33,292 nt of DNA from Candidatus Thorarchaeota archaeon (GTDB lineage: Archaea; Asgardarchaeota; Thorarchaeia; Thorarchaeales; Thorarchaeaceae), in NCBI GenBank assembly GCA_016840855.1, contig JAEORO010000157.1, forward strand, positions 1 to 33,292. Direction: 5' to 3'. Under the pieces are notes generated by a model. That model had not been told where the DNA came from, made no database searches, and saw only the letters and a list, made by a program, of their open reading frames with translations. Within the stretch, counting starts at the first letter, position 1. The number at the start of each line of letters is the position of its first letter. Of the stretch, positions 1-11,000 are shown piece by piece. The translations under genes were made by a program, and so were the position numbers.

Positions 1-70
1 ACGGTCTTCATCAGCTTGGTCTTCAGCAGGTCGCAAAGACATTATGCGTGGAAGAAGCAGGGGGCAATGA
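1..70 (+). CDS. 3' end of upstream gene (partial), probably the biotin carboxylase subunit of an acyl-CoA carboxylase
   Basis: The frame from nt 2 reads RSSSAWSSAGRKDIMRGRSRGQ* (TGA 68-70). An S-x-W-x-x-x-GR tail is typical of biotin carboxylase subunits. The stop lies 1 nt before the ATG of the BCCP gene. Confidence 0.55.
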   Translation, partial: RSSSAWSSAGRKDIMRGRSRGQ

Positions 71-71
71 G

Positions 72-596
72 ATGAGTCCAGAGTACAAGATTACACTGGA
101 TGAGAAGCTGTTTGATGTTGATGTGAAAATGTTGGATGAAGGTGGGTTACTTGTCATCACCGTAGGTGATCAAAGTTTTACAATGAAACCAGCAATTACT
201 GAAGATAACAATTGGGTAGTCAATGACACAGCAAACGATTACGCGGTCAAAATTCTAAAGAAATCCGGAAGAGTCGTCACTCTTGAAATAAATGGTGAAG
301 AACGAATAGTTGAGTGGGAACGAGTAAGAAAACAAGAAGCCACGAAGAGTACATCTAGTGCAACTAAAAGTGGACCCAAAGTTAGTGGGGGCATCTATCC
401 TCCAATGCCTGGTAAAATCACGGAAGTCCGTGTAAAAGCTGGTGACTCAGTGAAGAAAGGACAAACTGTCTGCATTCTTGAAGCCATGAAAATGTTCAAC
501 GAATTGAAAACAAGCACATCCGGGGCTGTGAAAGAAGTCAACTGCGAAGTTGGCTTGATGGTAACACCAGATGACTTGCTTGTACTCATCGAGTGA
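72..596 (+). CDS. Biotin carboxyl carrier protein (biotin/lipoyl-binding subunit of an acyl-CoA carboxylase)
   Basis: C-terminal biotinyl domain PPMPGKI...VKAGDSVKKGQ...LEAMKM with the biotin-accepting Lys, and an S/T/K-rich linker. The track starts at GTG 48, but ATG 72 directly after the upstream stop is more likely. Confidence 0.93.
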   Translation: MSPEYKITLDEKLFDVDVKMLDEGGLLVITVGDQSFTMKPAITEDNNWVVNDTANDYAVKILKKSGRVVTLEINGEERIVEWERVRKQEATKSTSSATKSGPKVSGGIYPPMPGKITEVRVKAGDSVKKGQTVCILEAMKMFNELKTSTSGAVKEVNCEVGLMVTPDDLLVLIE

Positions 597-608
597 GGTC
601 CTAGAATT

Positions 609-1775
609 ATGGAGCCAGTGAATGTCATTGGTGTTGGAATGACTTCATTTGGTATCCTTGATGATTCTCTTGTCCAACTTGCTGAAGAAGCATCATTCAA
701 AGCCATGAGTGACTCCCTGACTTTGGAACAACACTTTGATCATATAGTGGTAGGGTCTCAGAATCCTGATGAGTTTGTCAATAAAGGGCATATTTCAACT
801 CTCTTGGCTGATCGACTTGGTCTTGTTCCTGCTGGCGCAACTCGTGTAGAAACCGGACCATCCTCTGGTTCAAGTGCTTTTGAGGCTGCATTCACAATGA
901 TTGCGTCCGGACATTCTGACCTAGTACTTGTGATTGGTGCCGAGAAGATGTCAGAGGTGGATCGTGGGACTGCATCAAAGATACTCGCTAAGATGATGTC
1001 GTACGAGAATGAAACTCGATATGGCGCTACACCTACTGCATTGGCAGCAATGGTGGCACGTCGTTATATGCACGATTATGGGTTAACTCGTGATGAGTTA
1101 TCACTCATCCCTGTAAAGGCTCATAGGAATGGTGCAAAGAATCCTCTAGCACATTTTCAAAAGGAAATCACAGTAGACACAGTCAACACTGCAAGGGTCG
1201 TTGCAGATCCTCTTACCCTGTTTGACTGTTGTCCGACTAGTGATGGGGCTGCTTCCGTTGTTCTGGCATCAGACGCATTAGTTCATGACCTCAGACTCAC
1301 AGATCAAGCTGTTCGAGTTCTTGGCGTTGGACATGGAACTGACTATCATGCCGTCCAACATAGATTATCACTCACTTCCTTTGGGGCAACAAAAGCTGCT
1401 GCTCAACGAGCATACTCTATGGCAAAACTTGAACCAACGGACATTGATGTGTGTGAGCTGCATGATGCATTTTCAATCCTTGAGCTAGTAAATATGGAAG
1501 ACATAGGGCTTGCTAAACTTGGACAGGCAATTGATTTGGTGAAACAAGGAGCCACTGAGGTTGACGGTCAAATACCAGTCAATACGACAGGCGGACTCAA
1601 GGCCAGAGGGCATCCTACCGGAGGGACTGGTGTAGCACAAATTCATGATATCTATTGTCAGCTTATGCAAAAGGCACCAAAGGGGTTGCAAGTCAGCTCT
1701 CCGGTTATTGGGCTCACTCAAAACATAGGTGGATTTGGAAACAACATGGTAGTAGGAATTTTTTCTGCCCCTTAA
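609..1775 (+). CDS. Thiolase-superfamily protein (archaeal/SCP2-thiolase type) lacking the nucleophilic cysteine
   Basis: Motifs IGVGMT-F, GAEKM, N-P-L-A-HFQK, DCCPTSDGA, ELHDAF, VNTTGGLKARGHP-G-TG, QNIGG. The RVE-x-A-C-x-SG motif reads RVETGPSSG. GAGGT SD-like site at 595-599. Confidence 0.9.
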   Translation: MEPVNVIGVGMTSFGILDDSLVQLAEEASFKAMSDSLTLEQHFDHIVVGSQNPDEFVNKGHISTLLADRLGLVPAGATRVETGPSSGSSAFEAAFTMIASGHSDLVLVIGAEKMSEVDRGTASKILAKMMSYENETRYGATPTALAAMVARRYMHDYGLTRDELSLIPVKAHRNGAKNPLAHFQKEITVDTVNTARVVADPLTLFDCCPTSDGAASVVLASDALVHDLRLTDQAVRVLGVGHGTDYHAVQHRLSLTSFGATKAAAQRAYSMAKLEPTDIDVCELHDAFSILELVNMEDIGLAKLGQAIDLVKQGATEVDGQIPVNTTGGLKARGHPTGGTGVAQIHDIYCQLMQKAPKGLQVSSPVIGLTQNIGGFGNNMVVGIFSAP

Positions 1776-2004
1776 GTTATGCACCATGACATCCTATAAG
1801 CCCTCTTTATGATTCATCCAAGATTGTCTTATTTAATTCTGAGAATGCTACTTTGTGTAAACGCTCGAGTTAAGCTAAGCCTGCTCTAATCTGCACTTGA
1901 TGTAGCACAGCTCAAACCTTGCTAATAGTGTCTAGCAATGACGGAGAATCCAGCTTCATCAACAGCGAAAAGCGTCCATCCATCAACAACATGGAGTCAC
2001 TAGT

Positions 2005-5000
2005 ATGAGGAAGAATGTGCTTGTATTGGCTTTTGTTGTATCACTTTTTGGAATCGGCTTGATAATCCCAAACACCAATTTTGATGCATCACAATCTTTT
2101 TTGAACAAGCCTCAATTATTCACAACATCTGGAATAGGTGATAATAATGAGGACTATGTTGATCAATTATCAAATTTGCACTTGCCATCAGACATTGGGA
2201 CACATGATGTATTTAACGACCTTCTAGCCCATGATACTAATTATGATTCATTGACAGAAGCTAACCAAGGATCAGCTGGGAACGATGTACTAGACACAGT
2301 TGACAGCGATGTTACAGACATTGACTCAAACCCAGATATTGGAACACAGGGTACATTTGTAAATGTCCAAGACTTAGGTGACGCTGATTATATGTCGGTA
2401 CAAGAAGCAGATGTGGGTTTTGCTGGAATCAATGAAAATCTCGATTGTAATGGCTACGATGGAACATACAGTGCATGGACTTTCGCTGGCGCTTCTCCCT
2501 ACTTGGATGCGGTAGACTACACGACGAATTATATCTATACATCTGGGGATAATAATAATGTAGGATATTTCACGTTTCCATCCACATCACTTACATCAGG
2601 ATCCGCTACAGTCACTCTCTATGTTTACTGCATGAGTGGCGATGGAAATGACCTGGCATCGGTCTATTACAATGTTGGTGCTGGAGACATTGATACAGGT
2701 GTTGATGTTTGTGATCAAACTAATTGGCAATATGACACTGTTAATCTAGGAACTCTTACAGCTGCTCAGATTAATGCTCTCAGTATTAGATTTACCTCTG
2801 TTAGGTCTCCACCAGGTAGTGAAATCAGAATCGATTACATCTACATCAATGTCTTTGCTGCTGCTGTTCCTGATTATGAGCTTGAATTTGAGTATCAATT
2901 CACTTCCGTTGATTTTAATGAAGTCAATGAAGAGGTCTGTATTAATATCCAATCAGCTACACAAGGCACTGAAGAACTAGAGGTCTACGAGTGGGATGGT
3001 GTTTCAAGCTGGGCTCTTCTTGGTACACTGAACTCTGATGGTTGGAATAATTTCACAGCATCATATATCACTTCAGTAACCTATTACATTGAGATTCGAG
3101 ATAATGAGCGTACAGATGAAACGACTCAATCAATATGGAATATTGATTCAATTATCCTACATCTATGGACAGTACCAACATTAGATTATGAGTTAGACTT
3201 GGAGGTTGGATGGACTGCAGCTGATTTTGATGAAGCAAATGAGGAGTTATGCATCTTCCCTGTGACTGGAGGTGGGTGGCCATCTGAGGACATTATTGTG
3301 GATGTCTGGAATGGTGCTTGGACAACTGTGTTTGCAGATCTCACTCCTGACCAGTGGAACAATGTGAGTATAAGCAGTTATCTAACAGGTTCAGCATTTG
3401 AGATACGTTTCTTAGGTGGCACTGAAACCGGCGATACCACACAGTCTACTTGGGAGATAGATGCGGTTCTAATACACACCTGGACTCCCAGTTATATTCC
3501 TGCCAACGACCAAGCCCCTACTCTGGACAATCCAAGTGACACTGATAATATGTACGCACAATACCAAGAGTATCAGGTCACCGTATACGTTTCAGATCAG
3601 AATGGATATGCAGATATTGACTACTTAGAGATTGGACTATGGGACAACACACGAGCAACCGAATATTGCAGATTCAGGTATGATGAGGACACGAATACTT
3701 TCACTGAGGAATATGATGCTGGTACATATGTGACTCTTAACACTGGAAGCTCTACTGCAACAGAGAGTGGAAATGATATTGATGCAACATTCTATTTCAC
3801 CATCGATTGGGATTTTCCGGATTCAACTGATTTAGATGCAAATTGCTCTGTAATAGATACACAGACTGAATCTGTGACAACATGGTATGAGGTCAATTGG
3901 GATGTTGAAACCAGACTCGATTATTCAGTATTTCCAAGTATCAATGATGGATCTGGGACTGCAGATAGAGGCGATCTTGACGGGTCATTCTCACTAACTG
4001 GTACAGTCATCTACTACAACTCCGTTGATGTCTATCCATCTTCCACTGCAGTGGATGTTTGGGTATCTTCTACCGAATATGGCTCCACTGTTGGTCCTTG
4101 GAGTGACCTTACACTCACATCAGGTGCCTTTGATGTCACTTGTTATGCTGATGACGCTGTTGGTCAGGATACATACACTATCAAGGTAGTTGAGGAGGGT
4201 GCTGGTTCCGGTGGAATCGACCTTTACTACACAACCAGTTATACTGACACATACATCGCTGACCGTGTACAGGTGCAGCTTTACTCTGTTGTTGATGATC
4301 GAATTGATGTTAGCACAAGTGTGAATGTAGATTTTACCCTCTATTATGATTATGACAACAGTCCAGTCTTAGATGGTACAGTAAGTCTAAACTTGATTTC
4401 TGCTACTGATTTGGGCTCTGGCGTTTGGAGAATAACAGATTCTGAAACAACGGCCACTTCAAACACGTACAACATTGTTAGTTATTCTGGAGGAACACAT
4501 GGAATTTCTGTTGTAGACCAGAATGGTCTTTCTCAACAGGTGATATGGGATGAGATAGTTGTTCAAACCACTGTTGCAGATGATATACGAGTCAATGTTG
4601 GAGATAATGTTGAGATTCGAGTCACACTGTGGTTAGCCTATGACAATACCTTTCTGGGAAGTGGCGACACCGTCACCCTTGCCGGACAAGCAATGACTTG
4701 GGATGACGGTAACTCATGGTTTGATCTAACTGTGTCACAGGCAACAGTTGGCATATGGAGCTACTTTGTGAATTCCAGTTCTGAAACGACTTATGGAATC
4801 TCAGCCTTGGACACAAACAGTCAAAGTGTCGGAGTAGTTTGGGACCAGATTGTTGTCCAGACGACGGTGGCTGATGACACTCGCGTCAATGTCGGAAACA
4901 ATGTTGAGATTCGAGCCACCTTGTGGTTGGCTTATGATGGCACCTTCTTGGGTAGCGGTGATACAGTTACTCTTGCTGGGCTGGCAATGACTTGGGATGC

Positions 5001-8000
5001 CGGCAATTCCTGGTTTGATCTAACCGTATCACAAGCTGCAGTTGGAGTCTGGATTTATTTTGTTAATTCGAGTACAGAAACCAATTTCGGAATAACTGCA
5101 ATTGACACAAACAGCCAAAGCGTTGGAGTAGTCTGGGACCAAATTATAGTCCAGACAACGGTGGCTGATGACACTAGAGTCAATGTTGGTTCAAATGTTG
5201 AGATTCGAGTCACTCTTTGGCTAGCTTATGATGGCACATCTCTTGGGAGTGGCGATACTGTCACCCTTGCCGGACAAGCAATGACTTGGGATGCTGGTAA
5301 CTCATGGTTTGACTTGATTGTTTCCCAGGCGTCAGTGGGTCAATGGACTTACTTTGTTAACTCTAGTTCCGAAACAGCATTTGGAATCACTGCTTTAGAT
5401 ACGAACAGTCAGAATGTAGATGTCATCTGGGACCAGATTGTTGTGCAGACTACTGTTGCTGATGACACACGAGTCAATGTCGGGGACAATGTTGAGATTC
5501 GAGTCACCCTATGGTTGGCTTATGACAATACTTTCCTCGGGAGTGGCGATACCGTCACACTTGCAGGACAAGTGACGACTTGGGATGCTGTAAACTCCTG
5601 GTTTGACCTCAGTGTGTCACAGGCGTCAGTTGGTCTTTGGAATTATTTCGTCAATTCAAGTACTCAGACCGGCTTCGGAATCACAGCTCTCGATACAAAC
5701 AGTCAGAATGTTGACGTCATTTGGGACCAAATCGTTGTTCAAACAACCGTGGCTGATGACACCCGTGTAAATGTTGGTTCAAATGTTGAGATTCGAGTTA
5801 CCTTGTGGCTAGCATACGACAGCACATTTCTTGGGAGTGGCGATACCGTCGCACTTGCAGGACAAGCGATGACTTGGGATGCTGTAAACTCCTGGTTTGA
5901 CCTCACAGTATCGCAAGCATCAGTAGGACTCTGGAATTACTTCGTCAATTCAAGTACTCAGACCGGCTTCGGAATCACAGCTCTCGATACAAACAGTCAG
6001 AATGTTGATGTCATTTGGGACCAAATCGTTGTTCAAACAACCGTGGCTGATGACACCCGTGTAAATGTTGGGGGTAATGTAGAAATCCGAGTCACCCTTT
6101 GGTTAGCTCATGACAGTACTTTTCTCGGGAGTGGTGACACTATCACACTTGCTGGACAAGTGATGACTTGGGACTCTGTGAATTCTTGGTTTGACCTCAT
6201 AGTATCTCAGGCATCAGTAGGTCGTTGGAATTACTTCGTCAATTCAAGTGCGGAAACCACTTTTGGTATTTCATTGTTGGATCCCAACAGTCAGAGTGTT
6301 GGAGTAATCTGGGATCGGATTGTTGTTCAGACGACGGTAGTTGATGATAGTCGTATCAATGTTGGAGCTAATGCTGAGATTCGAGTCACCTTGTGGTTAG
6401 CTTATGATAGTACCTTCTTGGGAAGTGGTGACACTGTGACACTTGCAGGACAAGCCATGACTTGGGATGTTGGTAACTCATGGTTCGACTTATCAGTTTC
6501 ACAACTATCTGTTGGTCTATGGAACTATTTCGTCAACTCTAGCACTGACTCAACTTATGGTATCACACTCATTGATACAAACAGTCAGAGTGTCGGAGTA
6601 GTTTGGGACCAAATTATAGTCCAGACGACGGTGGCCGATGATACTAGGGTCAATGTTGGTTCAAATATTGAGATTCGAGTTACACTCTGGCTAGCGTACG
6701 ACAGCACATTTCTTGGGAGTGGCGATACCGTCGCACTTGCAGGACAAGCGATGACTTGGGATGCTGGTAATACTTGGTTTGACCTCACAGTATCGCAAGC
6801 ATCGGTAGGACTCTGGAATTACTTCGTCAATTCAAGTAGCGAAACAAGCTTCGGAATCACAGCTCTCGATACCAGTAGCCAAAGCGCAGGGGTTGTCTGG
6901 GATCAGATTGCTGTGCAGACCACCGTAGCTGATGATGCACGTGTGAATATAGGAGCCAATGTTGAAATTAGAGTTACTCTTTGGTTAGCTTACGACAATA
7001 CCTTCTTGGGAAGTGGTGATACCGTCACACTAGCAGGACAAGTAATGACTTGGGATTCAACCAATTCTTGGTTTGATCTCACAGTATCTCAGGCGTCAGT
7101 GGGAATTTGGAATTATTTCGCCAATTCCAGCTCAGAAGCAACTTTTGGCATCACTTTGCTAGATACTAATAGTCAGAGTGTCGGAGTAGTCTGGGACCAG
7201 ATTGTTGTACAGACTACCGGGACTGACGATACGCGAGTGGATATAGGAGCTAATGCTGAGATTCGAGTCACCTTGTGGTTAGCTTATGATAATACCTTTC
7301 TGGGAAGTGGTGACACTGTGACACTTGCAGGACAAATAATGACCTGGGATGCTGGCAACTCTTGGTTTGATTTAACAGTGTCACAGATGTCCGTTGGTCT
7401 TTGGAGCTATTATGTCAATACGAGTTCCGATGCAACATACGGAATCACTTTACTTGACACAAATAGTCAAAGCATAGATGTCATCTGGGACCAGATAGTC
7501 GTACAAACAACCACTGCTGATGACACACGAGTCAATGTTGGAAACAATGTAGAGATCCGAGTCACACTCTGGCTCGCCTATGACGGTGCTTTTCTCGGAT
7601 TGGGCGATTCTGTAAATGTTGCAGGACAGGCTATGACTTGGGATGTTGGTAACTCCTGGTTTGACCTCACTGTTAGCCAAGCTTCGGTAGGTTTGTGGAG
7701 TTATTTTGTCAATTCAACCTCTGAAACCACCTTTGGAATTACTGCCTTCAATATTAACAGTCAAGGTGTTGATGTTATCTGGGATCAGATTACTGTGCAA
7801 TCGACTGTAGCAATTGATAATCGTGTAAATGTAGGAAGTAATGTGGAAGTGCGTGTCACGCTCCAGCTTGCTTATGACAACGTATTCTTGGGAAGTGGCG
7901 ACACAATCACCCTTGACGGTCAGACTATGATCTGGGACTCTGTGAACTCTTGGTTCGACCTCGATGTGACACAAGCATCTGTGGGACATTGGAATTACTT

Positions 8001-11000
8001 CGTCAATTCCAGCGTAGAAGCCACATTTGGCATTTCATTGCTGGATACAAACAGTCAAAGTGTTGGAGTGGTTTGGGATCAGATTGTTGTGCAGACAACG
8101 GTTGCTGATGACATTAGAGTCAATGTTGGAGCTAATGCTGAGATTCGAGTCACCCTGTGGTTAGCTTATGATAATACCTTTCTGGGAAGTGGCGATACTG
8201 TCACACTTGCTGGACAAGCAATGACCTGGGATGCAGGTAACTCATGGTTTGATCTCACTGTATCTCAAGCATCAGTAAATCTATGGAATTACTATGTAAA
8301 TTCCAGCTCTGATTCAAATTATGGAATCACTCTATTGGATACAAATAGTCAAAGTGTAGGAGTAATCTGGGATCAGATTGTTGTCCAGTCAACTATCGCA
8401 GACGATACGCGAGTGGATATAGGAGCTAATGCTGAGATTCGAGTCACCTTGTGGTTAGCTTATGATAATACCTTCTTGGGAAGTGGCGATACCGTGACAC
8501 TTGCTGGACAAGCAATGACCTGGGATGCAGGTAACTCATGGTTTGATCTCACGGTATCTCAGGCATCAATAGGACTTTGGAATTATTTCGTTAATTCCAG
8601 CTCAGAAGCCACTTTTGGAATTTCATTGCTAGATACTAATAGTCAGAGTGTCGGAGTAGTCTGGGACCAGATTGTTATACAGACTACAGTTGCTGATGAT
8701 GCAAGAGTCGGTATTGGAGATAATGTTGAGATTCGAGTCACCCTCTGCCTTGCCTACGACAGTACATTTCTTGGGAGTGGCGATACCGTCACACTTGCTG
8801 GACAAGTGATGACCTGGGATGCAGGTAACTCATGGTTTGACCTCTCTGTTTCACAGTTGTCAATTGGTCTTTGGACATACTATGTCAATTCGAGTGCTCA
8901 AACAGGTTTCGGAATCACAACTCTCGATACAAACAGTCAGAGTGTTAATGTCATTTGGGATCAAATTGTAATCACTATAGGTGTGGATGATTCAACACCT
9001 CTCAATGGAATCCAAGTCAATTTTACTTTAGCAATCATGTTTGATTATGATAATATTGCATGCACAACCTACCAAATTGTGATTCAGAGAAACAGCACTT
9101 GGTGGCATTCATTTACTGAAAGTAACAAGTCACAGTTTATAGACACAAACTCTGATACCTCCTATACATACACTGTGATGATTGTTACATCAGAGTCAAC
9201 ATACAATGTACTCTCCTTCTCAACAAACAGTCAACAGGTTGTATGGTCAGCTGCACCCAACTCTGCACCAGTAAACGATTCTGCACCTGATCTAGCAAAT
9301 CCTGATGATACTGACAACTTGTATGCTCGCTATACTTACTATGTCATCACAAGTAGTGTATCTGATATTGATGGATACAACGACATCGAGTACATAGAAT
9401 TGACACTTTATGACAACTCCAGAGCCAGTCCTGTCTGGACAGTTAGATACACGGTATCAGGTAATATCTTCTCAGTTGAGTCAGGAAGTACCTATATCAC
9501 GCTGAGCGCTTCATCCTTTGCAGTTGGAGCTGGTAACAATTTAGATGTCACTTGGTACATCAAAATTGGATGGGATCATTCAGACCTGACAGATGTGGAC
9601 ATGAAGCAATATGTCTATGATGGAATTATTGGAGATGAGGACTTCTATGAGTCAAACTGGGATGTTGAAACCCGTCTAGAAATTACTGGTCTGACAATCG
9701 ACGATGGTTCAGGAACCTCAAATCGCGGTCCTCTCGATGGAGCTTTTACTGTTTCAGGAACACTCATTTTCCTAAACTCTGTTGACAACTATCCCCTTGG
9801 CAACGAAACTGATGTCTGGGTGTCTAGTTCAGAATATGGTACATCTACTGGCCCTTGGAGTGACCTTACACTCACTTCTGGGCAGTTTAGTTTGACTGTC
9901 TATGCTGATGATGAAGTTGGACAAGACACACTAACAATCAAAGCTGTTGTGGAGGGTGGTGGAAGTAGTGGAACTGATCTTCTTAACAGTACAGCACAAT
10001 CAACCTACATAGCTGATCGGATTGCTGTTCAATCATACGCAGCTCTCGACCCTCGAATAAACATCAATGATGCAGCTACAATTGATGTGGAACTCCTTTA
10101 CGAGTACGATTCTAGTCCAGTCATGAACGGATCAGTTACAATCAACGGAATTGCAGCAACACATCAAGGAAGTGGAACTTGGAGATTTTCTGACACAAAG
10201 TCTTCTGTACAATCGTTCACCTATAATGTCGTTGCTTATTCTGGTGGAATTCACGGACTTAACCAAGTCAACCAGAATGCCATGACTCAGGATGTCATCT
10301 GGGATCAAATAGTTGTTCAAACAACTGTTGCTAATGACACAAGGGTCGATGTAGGAGCCAATGTTGAGATTCGAGTCACACTATGGCTTGCTTATGATAG
10401 CTCATTCCTAGGCTCAGGCGACACAGTGACTCTAGCTGGATCTGCAATGACTTGGGATTTTGGTGAAGGACGATTCGAATTGATAGTTAGCCAAGCATCA
10501 GTTGGGTCTTGGACATACTTTGTGAACTCAAGCTCTGAGTCCACTTATGGCATAACATCACTGAATCTCTCTGGTAGTAATGTAAGTGTCATCTGGGACA
10601 GAATACAAGTCCAGTCATACTCAATGAGTGATGGTCGTGTTAATGTTGGCGAAAGTGTTGACATTGATGTGAATCTCTACTATGACTATGATGACTCTCC
10701 TGTTACTGATGGTACAATTACAGTGAATGGAGCAATAGCAACTCATCAAGGCACAGGTCTCTGGAGGTTCTCTGACTCTGAAGTTGTTGTCGTTATGAAC
10801 ACTTACAATCTCGTTGTATGTTCTGGCAACATATACGGTCTCACTGCTGTTGATCAAAATAGTCAATCTCTGAATGTGATTTGGGACCAGTTAGTTATCG
10901 TAATTGGCGTTGATGATCCATCTTCACTGAATGGTCATCAAGCGAACTTCACTCTATCAGTGACATTCGACTATGATGACTCAGTATGTACTACATACCA

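Noticed and set aside
48-71. ORF-track GTG start for BCCP
   Set aside because: Overlaps the upstream gene's last codons; ATG 72 immediately after the TGA at 68-70 fits translational coupling.
1903-1960. c-di-GMP-I riboswitch-like look (CACAG..CAAAC...GACG) with a TTGCTA/TAGCAA stem upstream of the giant gene
   Set aside because: No GNRA tetraloop, poor closing pairs and no convincing P3. Only a 6-bp stem is supportable; an Rfam scan would settle it.
4546-8955. Repeat array as CRISPR or DGR template/variable repeats
   Set aside because: The units are in-frame 294-nt coding repeats with no spacers. Differences are largely synonymous and not adenine-specific, and there is no cas or reverse transcriptase gene in the window.
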